The position numbers and the translations under genes were made by a program. From sequence record MH719082.1: a DNA stretch of 64,000 nucleotides; one strand, 5' to 3'. Each line of letters begins with the position of its first letter. The stretch's first letter is position 1. A model generated the notes under the pieces. That model was not told the origin of the DNA. It worked only from the letters and a program-made list of their open reading frames with translations, and made no database searches. The stretch is from Escherichia phage vB_EcoM_IME392. Positions 1 to 7,972 of the stretch are shown here, one piece after another.

Positions 1-931
1 TCACATCCAGAGTTGATCCTGGTTGGAACTCTCGACCAACATCTTCCATTACGTATTCTAGAATACTGTGATCGCTATTATAACGAGAAGCAGCATCTTC
101 AAGAGTAGCGATGTAATGCTGGAAGTAGGTACGGATCTTATACCAGGAATTAAGTGATCCGAGATCAATCGTAGTTACCGGAGCTTCATTAATGTCGTCA
201 ACATAAGCTCGGATATTACTTACCTGCTTCTTGATGTTCGACACTTCCGGATACCAGTGGAGATCATCCGTCATCACCACATAGTTGCCCATATCTACTT
301 TGAGCATAGTTGCGATGATTTCCTGGATGATCGTGAACTCCACCAGATTAACGTTAGTCAATCCCCAGATTAGATCATTACTACGGTTGAATACCGTGCA
401 GTCCAGACCACCATTACGGTACTTAAACGATAGAGCAATGTTGCAGATCATATCTGCGGTATTGATGCTGCCGATGCTGTTTACCAAACCTACATCAGAA
501 TCACGGCTGGGATCGTGAATAGTAGCCACGCACTTACGGTTACCCAGGTCAGAACGGAGGCGGTCTGTTACAGTCTGGAGTTGATCGTAGTTATACAGAC
601 GCTCACCGTAAGCACCACGCCAGGTAACCATATCATCGCTAAACATCTTAGCGCGAGGAACCATAATCGACATCCAGTTATCGATTGCATAGCCACCAGA
701 CAGTACCCACAATACTTCCCCCATAATTCCGAGGATATTGTCTTTACGTTCTGGATGAGCCATCCAACGATTAATCGGATTACTTAACTCAACTACAGCA
801 TGACCGATGGATACTACCGCCGAAGAGTTAACAGAAGTTCTGGACTTCTGCAACTCACCAGCCTTATCCATAGTATTGATGCTGTTAACCAGGATTTCAG
901 TATTACTGTTACCGCGAATTACCGAGATCAT
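1..931 (-). CDS. Deoxypyrimidine-monophosphate hydroxymethylase / thymidylate-synthase-family enzyme (partial; 3' end beyond window start)
   Basis: Own translation of the minus strand from ATG 931..929 (overlaps upstream TGA as ATGA). The frame stays open to position 1. ThyA-family motifs are present: ...DLGNRKCVATIHDP..., catalytic-Cys region DMICNIALSFKY (T4 gp42-like rather than ThyA PCH), and LDCTVFNRSNDLIWGL (RSxD motif). It is absent from the ORF track because it runs off the window. Confidence 0.6.
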   Translation of the reverse strand, partial: MISVIRGNSNTEILVNSINTMDKAGELQKSRTSVNSSAVVSIGHAVVELSNPINRWMAHPERKDNILGIMGEVLWVLSGGYAIDNWMSIMVPRAKMFSDDMVTWRGAYGERLYNYDQLQTVTDRLRSDLGNRKCVATIHDPSRDSDVGLVNSIGSINTADMICNIALSFKYRNGGLDCTVFNRSNDLIWGLTNVNLVEFTIIQEIIATMLKVDMGNYVVMTDDLHWYPEVSNIKKQVSNIRAYVDDINEAPVTTIDLGSLNSWYKIRTYFQHYIATLEDAASRYNSDHSILEYVMEDVGREFQPGSTLDV

Positions 932-1662
932 TTAGAGTCCTTACGCACTGAATCAATAGACTTAACTGCAGAGGACAGTAACTCCAGACGGGCCTCCTGA
1001 GGGATCATACCAGATGGCTCATTCAGGATCATAATACCTTTACCAGTATTAGTAAAACGAGCTGTGATTGATCCAGGATACACCGGATGATTCAGAGTTA
1101 CAGAATTACACAACGCAGCACCGAATCGCTCCTCGTAGGCACGCATAGTTACCTTAAGGAGAGTAGAACTGACTGCTACAGAGTATTCCGGATCAACAAC
1201 ACGGAAGTTATTGTCCTCAATACTCTTATCCTTCGTATTGAAGAACAGAGTCATGTTATAATAATCAATAGACTCGTTACTGAGACGTAATGCCTCATCA
1301 CGAGCTTCCTGGCTAGCAAACATACTGTTATGCAGCAGGAAGTAAACGTACGAATCGAATACCGCACGATCACTGACGATCAACTCGCCACGATTGTAGG
1401 CATCCTTGAACATCTGAGTTCGCTGACGAATAAGACGCAGCTGGAACTCTACCGCTTCCATAGGATCTTCCACAGCTAAGCGCAGAATATCCATATGGGA
1501 TGTTACTCCCAGAGGAAGATGGTCACGAGTCTGTACTGCACGGAAGGTACATTCGGTTGATTCTTCCCAGCCTTTAGCCAGAGTAGATTTACCGGTACCC
1601 TGCGCACCAGACATAATTACACTGTAGCCTGGGATACTATAGTCTCTCATTATTCTCTCCAA
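928..1662 (-). CDS. P-loop nucleotide/nucleoside kinase (dNK-like); candidate hydroxymethyl-nucleotide or hydroxymethyl-DNA kinase
   Basis: Walker A GAQGTGKST. ELIVSDRAVFDSYVYF resembles the ERS-xxSDRYxF motif of dCK/dGK-type deoxynucleoside kinases. Start/stop are coupled to the hydroxymethylase gene. Confidence 0.55.
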   Translation of the reverse strand: MERIMRDYSIPGYSVIMSGAQGTGKSTLAKGWEESTECTFRAVQTRDHLPLGVTSHMDILRLAVEDPMEAVEFQLRLIRQRTQMFKDAYNRGELIVSDRAVFDSYVYFLLHNSMFASQEARDEALRLSNESIDYYNMTLFFNTKDKSIEDNNFRVVDPEYSVAVSSTLLKVTMRAYEERFGAALCNSVTLNHPVYPGSITARFTNTGKGIMILNEPSGMIPQEARLELLSSAVKSIDSVRKDSK

Positions 1663-1681
1663 TTAAGAATCTTTCCCACAT

Positions 1682-1713
1682 TTTAACAGCCTTTCAAGAC
1701 CCTAAAAGAGCGG
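1682..1713 (-). promoter_or_regulatory. Conserved promoter-like element (copy 1) upstream of kinase gene
   Basis: Plus-strand TTTAACAGCCTTTCAAGACCCTAAAAGAGCGG. On the transcribed strand this reads ...GGCTGTTAAAATG, an extended -10-like TGnTAAAAT, about 20 nt before the RBS. Confidence 0.5.
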
Positions 1714-1739
1714 ACTAAAAAGGCTGGTGTAAATGTGAA

Positions 1740-2711
1740 CTAGCTAAACTTATACCAGCGAGGTCTCATACGGATCTCGTGATTCAGTTTATGTAGTTTC
1801 GAGAATTCGCAGAATGAGTTGGTGAACATCTGACGAGTATAGAACCGCTCATCCTCCGGCATGAAGTGGAACCATTTCTCCGGCTCCCATGCATACCCGA
1901 AATGAGCACATATCTCTTTGATGTTCTGATACCACCATTCCACGAACATCTGGTAGCCGCAAGGAGGGTTCTGGTCATTAAGCATGTACCATACCCCATC
2001 CTGCGTCCCGGGTCCACATACGATAGCATCGTTATCTGTGTACGCAGTCTCTTTAGAGTAGGACATAGTTGCCCAGCATTGATATGCCATGAACGGACCT
2101 AATCCAGATACCTGTAACAGATGCTCGATGGCCTCGGTAGCGAACGGAGACTTCCATGCCAGTAAGATAGGATCACTGTAGGTCTTCACCAGATAGGCTC
2201 TGGCAGCTACACTGTACTTAATATCCTCTGGACATACTTCATTAGCCATCTTAACTGCTGTGCTAAGGAAGTAGGCATTTGATTGCTGTGGAGCAGTGAA
2301 CGGAGGACCATCCTCATAACGACGTAGCTCTTCACGACCCATGTTATGTATGTCGTCATAGCTCATCTCATAAAGAGGAAGGACTCTGCGGAAGCGATCC
2401 ATATATGAATCACCACGGTTTATCATCTGGAAGAGTACCACGTTAAGCGCCTTACTCTCCCAGCTTAGGGAATCGTTCTCCAGAATGTTCTTGATAGCCC
2501 ATACTGTTTCACGATCGTGCTTACGGAACACGTTAGTGAATTTAAACTTACTAATCCACTTATGTTCTGTCCACGGAGGAGGTAGCTTAAGTATCTCCTT
2601 CTTATAATAAACCTCAGTCCGCTCGCGGTTATACTCCACATACTCACGTAGCTCCTCGGGATTTATCATCCCGAGTAACCCGTCGAAGTGCAAACCTAAC
2701 GGTTTAGACAT
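1740..2711 (-). CDS. Hypothetical protein of the DNA-modification module (323 aa, Trp/Tyr-rich)
   Basis: ORF with an upstream promoter-like element and an RBS. Its position lies between the kinase and the BGT-like gene. No motif is recognised by eye. Confidence 0.45.
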   Translation of the reverse strand: MSKPLGLHFDGLLGMINPEELREYVEYNRERTEVYYKKEILKLPPPWTEHKWISKFKFTNVFRKHDRETVWAIKNILENDSLSWESKALNVVLFQMINRGDSYMDRFRRVLPLYEMSYDDIHNMGREELRRYEDGPPFTAPQQSNAYFLSTAVKMANEVCPEDIKYSVAARAYLVKTYSDPILLAWKSPFATEAIEHLLQVSGLGPFMAYQCWATMSYSKETAYTDNDAIVCGPGTQDGVWYMLNDQNPPCGYQMFVEWWYQNIKEICAHFGYAWEPEKWFHFMPEDERFYTRQMFTNSFCEFSKLHKLNHEIRMRPRWYKFS

Positions 2712-3790
2712 TAAAGAATACCTTCTTTGGTAAAGTAGTCTATTACTTCATCCTGAAGTTCTTGTGCGTAATCCTTGCGCAGATATAGATTCTCATACTG
2801 ATGTTTCAGCAGAGCATCACGATCTTTCAGTTTCTCTGCAATCTCCGCATTACTGGAGACGATCAGAGGAGCCAGTAGCTCTTCGGGGACGCCGCTCCGG
2901 ATTATTGTTCCAGCAGCATCTTTATCCACCAGCATCAGAGTACCAGAGCTCAGGTATTCGTAATAACGGTTAGGTGGGCTGGTATAGAACGAATTACTGG
3001 AGTTCCAGTCTTCGATAAGCAGTACCGCTGCATATTTAGCCACTTCATCCAGCATCTCTGACAGCTTAAACTTAGGCAGCCAGTTAATCGGAGCAGCAGG
3101 TCCCAGCCACTTACGTTCTTTAGGATCCAGCTCTTCCCAGTTTTCCTGCTCGTAGCCGTCAAATCCTGCAAGACCACCAGTATGTTTAGCGATGGACATC
3201 TGAGCTTTGTAGCTCGGCACCGACATAAACAGTTCCAGACCATCTTGCTGGGAGAAGTACTGAGTGAACTTATGGAAGCGGCCTTCACGAGCAGCACCGT
3301 AATACAGCAGGCTATTGTCCGGCTTATCTGACGATCCATAGCGAGGCTTACGACCAGGAACGTAGGTAAGACGGTTCCAGTTAATGTGATGATAGTTCTC
3401 TTCGCTAGGAGAATACTGATTACCCCAGGAAGTACGTTCAAATGCTGCTACAACTTTAAATACAGTAGCTGCGGTGATGTGTCTCCACTGCGGACCCTGG
3501 ATACGCATCTTAGACGAGTAATCCTGTCCAATCCAGTAGAACTTAGCTCCGACATCTGCCTGGTCTACCCAGAACTTATACATCTCGTCGCGGAACTTAC
3601 AGAAGGTAGGAACACCATTGATGGCGATAATCACGTCATATTTAGTGCCATCTTCCATAGCCTTAACGAACTTAGGAGTATCGTCCAACAGGTCAGCTTG
3701 AAGTCCGTAGGCTAACCAGGAAGCCAGAGTATTACTGGCAATGATGGATTTATCGCTGCATGGCGAAAAGTTAGTTACTGCAATCTTCAT
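2711..3790 (-). CDS. DNA beta-glucosyltransferase-like glycosyltransferase (T4 BGT-like, GT-B)
   Basis: N-term MKIAVTNF resembles T4 beta-gt MKIAIINMG. LLYYGAAREGRFHK matches T4 BGT DVIYGGSFRSGQRE. AVLLIEDWNSSNSFYTSPPNRYYEYLSSGTLMLVD matches BGT ALIIGDKNYNDNFITLRVWETMASDAVMLID. Length is 359 aa, against 351 aa for T4 BGT. RBS GGAGAAATTAAACATG. Confidence 0.6.
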   Translation of the reverse strand: MKIAVTNFSPCSDKSIIASNTLASWLAYGLQADLLDDTPKFVKAMEDGTKYDVIIAINGVPTFCKFRDEMYKFWVDQADVGAKFYWIGQDYSSKMRIQGPQWRHITAATVFKVVAAFERTSWGNQYSPSEENYHHINWNRLTYVPGRKPRYGSSDKPDNSLLYYGAAREGRFHKFTQYFSQQDGLELFMSVPSYKAQMSIAKHTGGLAGFDGYEQENWEELDPKERKWLGPAAPINWLPKFKLSEMLDEVAKYAAVLLIEDWNSSNSFYTSPPNRYYEYLSSGTLMLVDKDAAGTIIRSGVPEELLAPLIVSSNAEIAEKLKDRDALLKHQYENLYLRKDYAQELQDEVIDYFTKEGIL

Positions 3791-3815
3791 GTTTAATTTC
3801 TCCGTAGGCTGTCAC

Positions 3816-3848
3816 AATTTAACAGCCTTTTAGCTCATCAAAGAAGCG
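3816..3848 (-). promoter_or_regulatory. Conserved promoter-like element (copy 2) upstream of BGT-like gene
   Basis: CAATTTAACAGCCTTTTAGCTCATCAAAGAAGCG. Overlaps the 3' end of the GT2 gene. Confidence 0.5.
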
Positions 3849-4872
3849 AGTTAGCTGATGCCCAGCTCAGCCAGTTATCGTTGAGATCGGTCAGGTAGGA
3901 GTAATCCTTATTCAGACCGAATACAGTACGGTTAGTTCCGTCGAACTTCATTATACCAGCGCCAGGAGCTCTGATGATTGCATCTTCCGTAGCCAGACAA
4001 TATTCTTTCAAGTATTCCTGGATGTTGGGACGAATACGACGGAAGGAACTATCTGCCGAGTCATAGTGGAACATATCTGCGCAGTGCCACTGTACGTAGG
4101 ATTTATCCGGACGGCTGAGTAGTTCATTACGGGTAACCATATCTTTAGGAGAATATCCCAGCTTAGCTACAGTGACTTCGTGAATACCTCCACCATTAGA
4201 CGAAGTATCCATCAGCCAGTTTTCGTCCCAGTAGAACGAAGTACCAGTACCAGTTACCTGTCCAACCTTCCAGCCCATCGCCATACCTTTAAACAACAGG
4301 TAGCAATCTTCTCCTACGGTCAACTGTTGGAAGGTTATATCGAACAGCCAGAACATCTTCTCACTGGTCTTGACCATGATACCGAGGTCAGTGGCCGGAG
4401 CAGTGTTATTATGTGACTGACGATCGCATAGTTCAACAATCTTGTAGTTACGATTCTTGAAGCTACGGACGAACGCCATCTCAAACTCAGATCCCTCGAA
4501 GTCTATAACGGAACGGTCCAGATGGAAAATATTATCTGCGAACCAGACATCATCATCCACGAAGTAGCAGATGTCTGGACACCAGTTCTGATCCTCCATT
4601 AAAATCCATGCCTTATCAAGAGCATGAGCTCGGATTCTTCCGATTACCGGATTATCGTACTTAGGACGATGCCAGAAATTAAACTGCTCGTCCCCACCGA
4701 ACTGCTCTTCCAGAACTGCCTTATCTTCTTCGGAGGCATCCTGCATAAAGTAGAAGAAACGATACTCGATAGAGTCGTCAGTCTTCTTAGCATCTTTGAA
4801 CGACTGAATCTGACGGAGTACCGACTTCATACGATGATAGGTTGGGATGATAAAAGCCACTTTGGTAGTCAT
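3838..4872 (-). CDS. Family-2 glycosyltransferase (GT-A fold)
   Basis: N-terminal VAFIIPTYHR (GT2 IIPTYN-type motif) and DXD motif YFVDDDVWF. Confidence 0.65.
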   Translation of the reverse strand: MTTKVAFIIPTYHRMKSVLRQIQSFKDAKKTDDSIEYRFFYFMQDASEEDKAVLEEQFGGDEQFNFWHRPKYDNPVIGRIRAHALDKAWILMEDQNWCPDICYFVDDDVWFADNIFHLDRSVIDFEGSEFEMAFVRSFKNRNYKIVELCDRQSHNNTAPATDLGIMVKTSEKMFWLFDITFQQLTVGEDCYLLFKGMAMGWKVGQVTGTGTSFYWDENWLMDTSSNGGGIHEVTVAKLGYSPKDMVTRNELLSRPDKSYVQWHCADMFHYDSADSSFRRIRPNIQEYLKEYCLATEDAIIRAPGAGIMKFDGTNRTVFGLNKDYSYLTDLNDNWLSWASANSLL

Positions 4873-4878
4873 ATTTAT

Positions 4879-5490
4879 TTATCCAATTTGACGAACTAAG
4901 CGAAACCCTTCGGCGTACGGCCACTGGGCAGAATATCCACGTAAGGTGGCTAGAGCTAAGATACTCTGGGTATCTCGGTCTGACTTAATCTGGGAGTCGA
5001 ATCGTCCCATAGCCTGGCACTTACACTCAATATCGTCCTTATTCAGACGCTCGAAGTAATTAGGTTCCATCTGACCGAACTGGGTCAGGGACTCGGCATA
5101 CTCATATTCCAGGATAAGCCAGTTATACGCTCGGAGAGCTACACGAGCAGCATGATTAACTAGTTGATGGTCCTGGTGTAGGCTACTGAACGGAATATAG
5201 ACTACATCCGGCCTGATTTTAGCAACATAGTCCGCAATATCCTTAGCCAATTGCGGAATATCCTTCTGAGTCATACCATCGCCTGTGGAGGCATCGTTAC
5301 GCTCCAGGCAATGTACTTCTTTGATATTCGGATAGACACCGAATGCTGCTTCGGCTTCACCACGACGGGTCTCGTCCGGAGCAGTTACTTCGAGGATGAA
5401 AAATTGGTCGTCGCGGAATTTGCTCATAATACCTCCGCAACCCAGAATCTCATCATCGTGATGTGGGCTGATAATCAATCGTGACTTCAT
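4879..5490 (-). CDS. PIG-L/LmbE-family de-N-acetylase (GlcNAc deacetylase-like)
   Basis: Signature SPHHDDEILGCGG near the N-terminus and the second zinc-ligand motif HQDHQ. The 203-aa size is typical of MshB/BshB/LmbE proteins. Confidence 0.75.
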   Translation of the reverse strand: MKSRLIISPHHDDEILGCGGIMSKFRDDQFFILEVTAPDETRRGEAEAAFGVYPNIKEVHCLERNDASTGDGMTQKDIPQLAKDIADYVAKIRPDVVYIPFSSLHQDHQLVNHAARVALRAYNWLILEYEYAESLTQFGQMEPNYFERLNKDDIECKCQAMGRFDSQIKSDRDTQSILALATLRGYSAQWPYAEGFRLVRQIG

Positions 5491-5496
5491 TATTAA

Positions 5497-5532
5497 TCCT
5501 CGCTACACAAAAATGGGGTTAGGCCGTAGAGA
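5497..5532 (-). terminator. Hairpin + T-run (minus strand) between BCCT and PIG-L genes
   Basis: Minus strand: GGGGTTAGG-TCTCTACGG-CCTAACCCC followed by ATTTTTGTG. Confidence 0.5.
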
Positions 5533-5553
5533 CCTAACCCCGTACGCCTCTGA

Positions 5554-5588
5554 CACCTTAACAGCCTTTTAGGTCATCAAACAGGAGG
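5554..5588 (-). promoter_or_regulatory. Conserved promoter-like element (copy 3) upstream of PIG-L gene
   Basis: CACCTTAACAGCCTTTTAGGTCATCAAACAGGAGG. A hairpin/terminator follows at 5497..5532. Confidence 0.45.
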
Positions 5589-6959
5589 AGTTTCCTTAGC
5601 CAAGAATACTTTAGGTACAAAGATCTTGAGGAACCCGAATAGAATACACAATACCCCAATCAGTACCGGAACAGCCGATACAGCTACCAGAGTCTTCGTT
5701 ACAGTTACTACGTCACCACCTGCCCAGTTAAGTGCAGCAGCAACTACACCCATGCTTACAATCCAGAATACACGAGTTCTAGGAGCGGTCATGGACTCTA
5801 CCGTAATACCTGCTGAGTCATGACCTGTAATAAAGAACAGAATCACAGACACGAGGGTAATTACTGAGAATATCCATCCGCCTGGGAAATTAGCCAGAAG
5901 CTGGAAGATATCCTGAGCACCATGTTGCAAACCGGCTACACCGAATACGGTAAACCATACGTTACTGATAATGGTAGGGAACAGTACACATCCCAGGATC
6001 AGTTCGCGAATAGTACGGCCGTAAGAGATACGTGCCACAAACGCTCCGACGAATAATGCCCAACCTACCCAGGCTGCATAGTAAGCATAAGGCCAGCTAG
6101 CCAGCCATTGCTTCTCTTCAGCAGTACTGCCAATGTTTACCGACATAGGAATAATCTGGAGCAGATAGCTGCCAGAATAGGTGATGGTCTTCCAGAGGTA
6201 TTCAAAGAATGTACCACTTACAGCAACGAATGCCATAATAGATAGAGCTACGATTACATTATATCTGGATAACCACTTAACCCCACGATCGACACCAGTT
6301 ACGGCACTAAGTACAGTGCCCAGAGTCAGGAGTGCGATAATGGTGTAAGGACCAACATCCACACCAAGGAACTCTTTAAATCCAGAACTGATCGGGCCTA
6401 CTGCGTAGACGAACGACAGGGTTAAGCCTATGATGGTCGAGAAGAGTAAGCTTATCGTATTAAGGTTATTCAGAGTTCGGGACTTGAATAACTGATTAAG
6501 CGGACGGTCTTCACCACGTACATGCAGTAAGTACCCGAATGCCACCCCTACGACTGCATACACAGCCCATGCATTAAGTCCCCAGTCAAAGAAGGTAGTT
6601 ACCATATTCTGACGTTCGGACATACCCTCCTGATGATGGTACATAGGTTCGAGTACGCCATAATAAATCATGGATACACCCATACCGGTACTAAACATCA
6701 TAGAGTAATAGGTAAAGCGATTGTATTTCGGAGTACCTTTACCCAGCTTAATGTTACCATGTTTGCTGAATACAAAGAATGCCAGGAACGCCAGGAAGAT
6801 CAGCGAAGACCAGGTAAATATGAATCCATACTGAGATATAAATACAGACTTACTCCAGTCCATTACAGCACCAAACTGGGTGGGAGCAAACATAATGGCG
6901 AGTACAATACCCACCGTTACCAGCACCGTCCCCCAGGTAACTACCTTTGAATCGGACAT
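5577..6959 (-). CDS. BCCT-family (betaine/carnitine/choline) secondary transporter
   Basis: 460-aa polytopic membrane protein. N-terminal FSKHGNIKLG motif and the BCCT signature WPYAYYAAWVGWALFVGAFVARISYGRTIREL (cf. W..FYWAWW.SW.PFVG.FIARIS.GRTIRE). Confidence 0.85.
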   Translation of the reverse strand: MSDSKVVTWGTVLVTVGIVLAIMFAPTQFGAVMDWSKSVFISQYGFIFTWSSLIFLAFLAFFVFSKHGNIKLGKGTPKYNRFTYYSMMFSTGMGVSMIYYGVLEPMYHHQEGMSERQNMVTTFFDWGLNAWAVYAVVGVAFGYLLHVRGEDRPLNQLFKSRTLNNLNTISLLFSTIIGLTLSFVYAVGPISSGFKEFLGVDVGPYTIIALLTLGTVLSAVTGVDRGVKWLSRYNVIVALSIMAFVAVSGTFFEYLWKTITYSGSYLLQIIPMSVNIGSTAEEKQWLASWPYAYYAAWVGWALFVGAFVARISYGRTIRELILGCVLFPTIISNVWFTVFGVAGLQHGAQDIFQLLANFPGGWIFSVITLVSVILFFITGHDSAGITVESMTAPRTRVFWIVSMGVVAAALNWAGGDVVTVTKTLVAVSAVPVLIGVLCILFGFLKIFVPKVFLAKETPPV

Positions 6960-6962
6960 TGA

Positions 6963-7871
6963 TTATTCCTCAATTACGCCCTTAGCGATTAACTGGCGAC
7001 GGACGTATGCGTAGCCAGCAGGTGAAGTAGCGAGGACGATGTCCGCACTACGGAAGTTGGTTTCGATATAGAAGCACTCCTGAAGATCCCGAGTACAGAA
7101 GAGCTCAGTACTCATCATACCCTCGCGTACGTTACATGCATCTGCAACGAATTGCGCAACATCTTCGAAGTGGTCTACCGAATGACTATAGCCGAATCCA
7201 CGGGCATCAGTAGATATAACGTAGTTAGGGCAGTACGGAGTGAAGTCAGTATCTTCGTAGGATTTACCCTGGATAGTGAAGATATCTGCATAGTCCTTGA
7301 ACCCGCTCGGGCTAACCAGAAGATCCCAGGCAACTACCATACCATCGATAACATCTGCCTGAAGTACCAGAGAGGTAGTATATTCGTCCGGTGCCTTATC
7401 GCAGACCAAAATTGGGGAGTCTCCCAGAAGGTCCGACATAGTGCCCGCACCCTTGCCCCCGTGAACACGATCACGGCGTACAAACGCCTCCTGAGGCCTC
7501 TGGTACAGTCTGAACGACGGTACAATCAGCGAATCAGGCAGAGTTCCCAGGTTAGCTTCGGAGCGAAGGCAGGATAATTGGTCAGCTTTAGACCACGTAC
7601 TTTCGATAGCGTGCAGATCGTTACCGATTTTGGTATAGATATAGCTTTCCGGATTACGGCACTTACCCTGATTCAACTCTTCGATAACCGAGTCGAAATA
7701 AGGAAGTCGTACTGATCCCTCACGAGGAGCAGTTAACGCTACTGAGCCATGCTTGGTATGATCCTGATCAACTACCATAACCTGGTCCAGACTTACACCC
7801 ATCTTAAGAATCTGGGATAATGTAGCTGCCGTGTGATTAGTGCAGCCAATCATCAAATCTAACTTCTTCAT
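6963..7871 (-). CDS. Hypothetical protein (302 aa) of the modification module
   Basis: ORF tightly packed between the transporter and the methyltransferase, with a promoter-like element upstream. No confident family assignment. Confidence 0.45.
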   Translation of the reverse strand: MKKLDLMIGCTNHTAATLSQILKMGVSLDQVMVVDQDHTKHGSVALTAPREGSVRLPYFDSVIEELNQGKCRNPESYIYTKIGNDLHAIESTWSKADQLSCLRSEANLGTLPDSLIVPSFRLYQRPQEAFVRRDRVHGGKGAGTMSDLLGDSPILVCDKAPDEYTTSLVLQADVIDGMVVAWDLLVSPSGFKDYADIFTIQGKSYEDTDFTPYCPNYVISTDARGFGYSHSVDHFEDVAQFVADACNVREGMMSTELFCTRDLQECFYIETNFRSADIVLATSPAGYAYVRRQLIAKGVIEE

Positions 7872-7895
7872 TTTAATTCCTCAGTTAACTTGTAC

Positions 7896-7928
7896 AACCT
7901 AACAGCCTTTCGAACCCTAAAAAGAGCG
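7896..7928 (-). promoter_or_regulatory. Conserved promoter-like element (copy 4) upstream of gene 6963..7871
   Basis: ACCTAACAGCCTTTCGAACCCTAAAAAGAGCG. Confidence 0.5.
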
Positions 7929-7972
7929 AAATAATAGATATCTAGCCATCTCGTAAGATGGCTATGTATATA

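Noticed and set aside
285-1000. Plus-strand ORFs 285..518, 515..787 and 800..1000 from the ORF track
   Set aside because: They lie antisense to the well-supported ThyA-family hydroxymethylase gene (minus strand 1..931). They have no RBS or motif support and are shadow ORFs.
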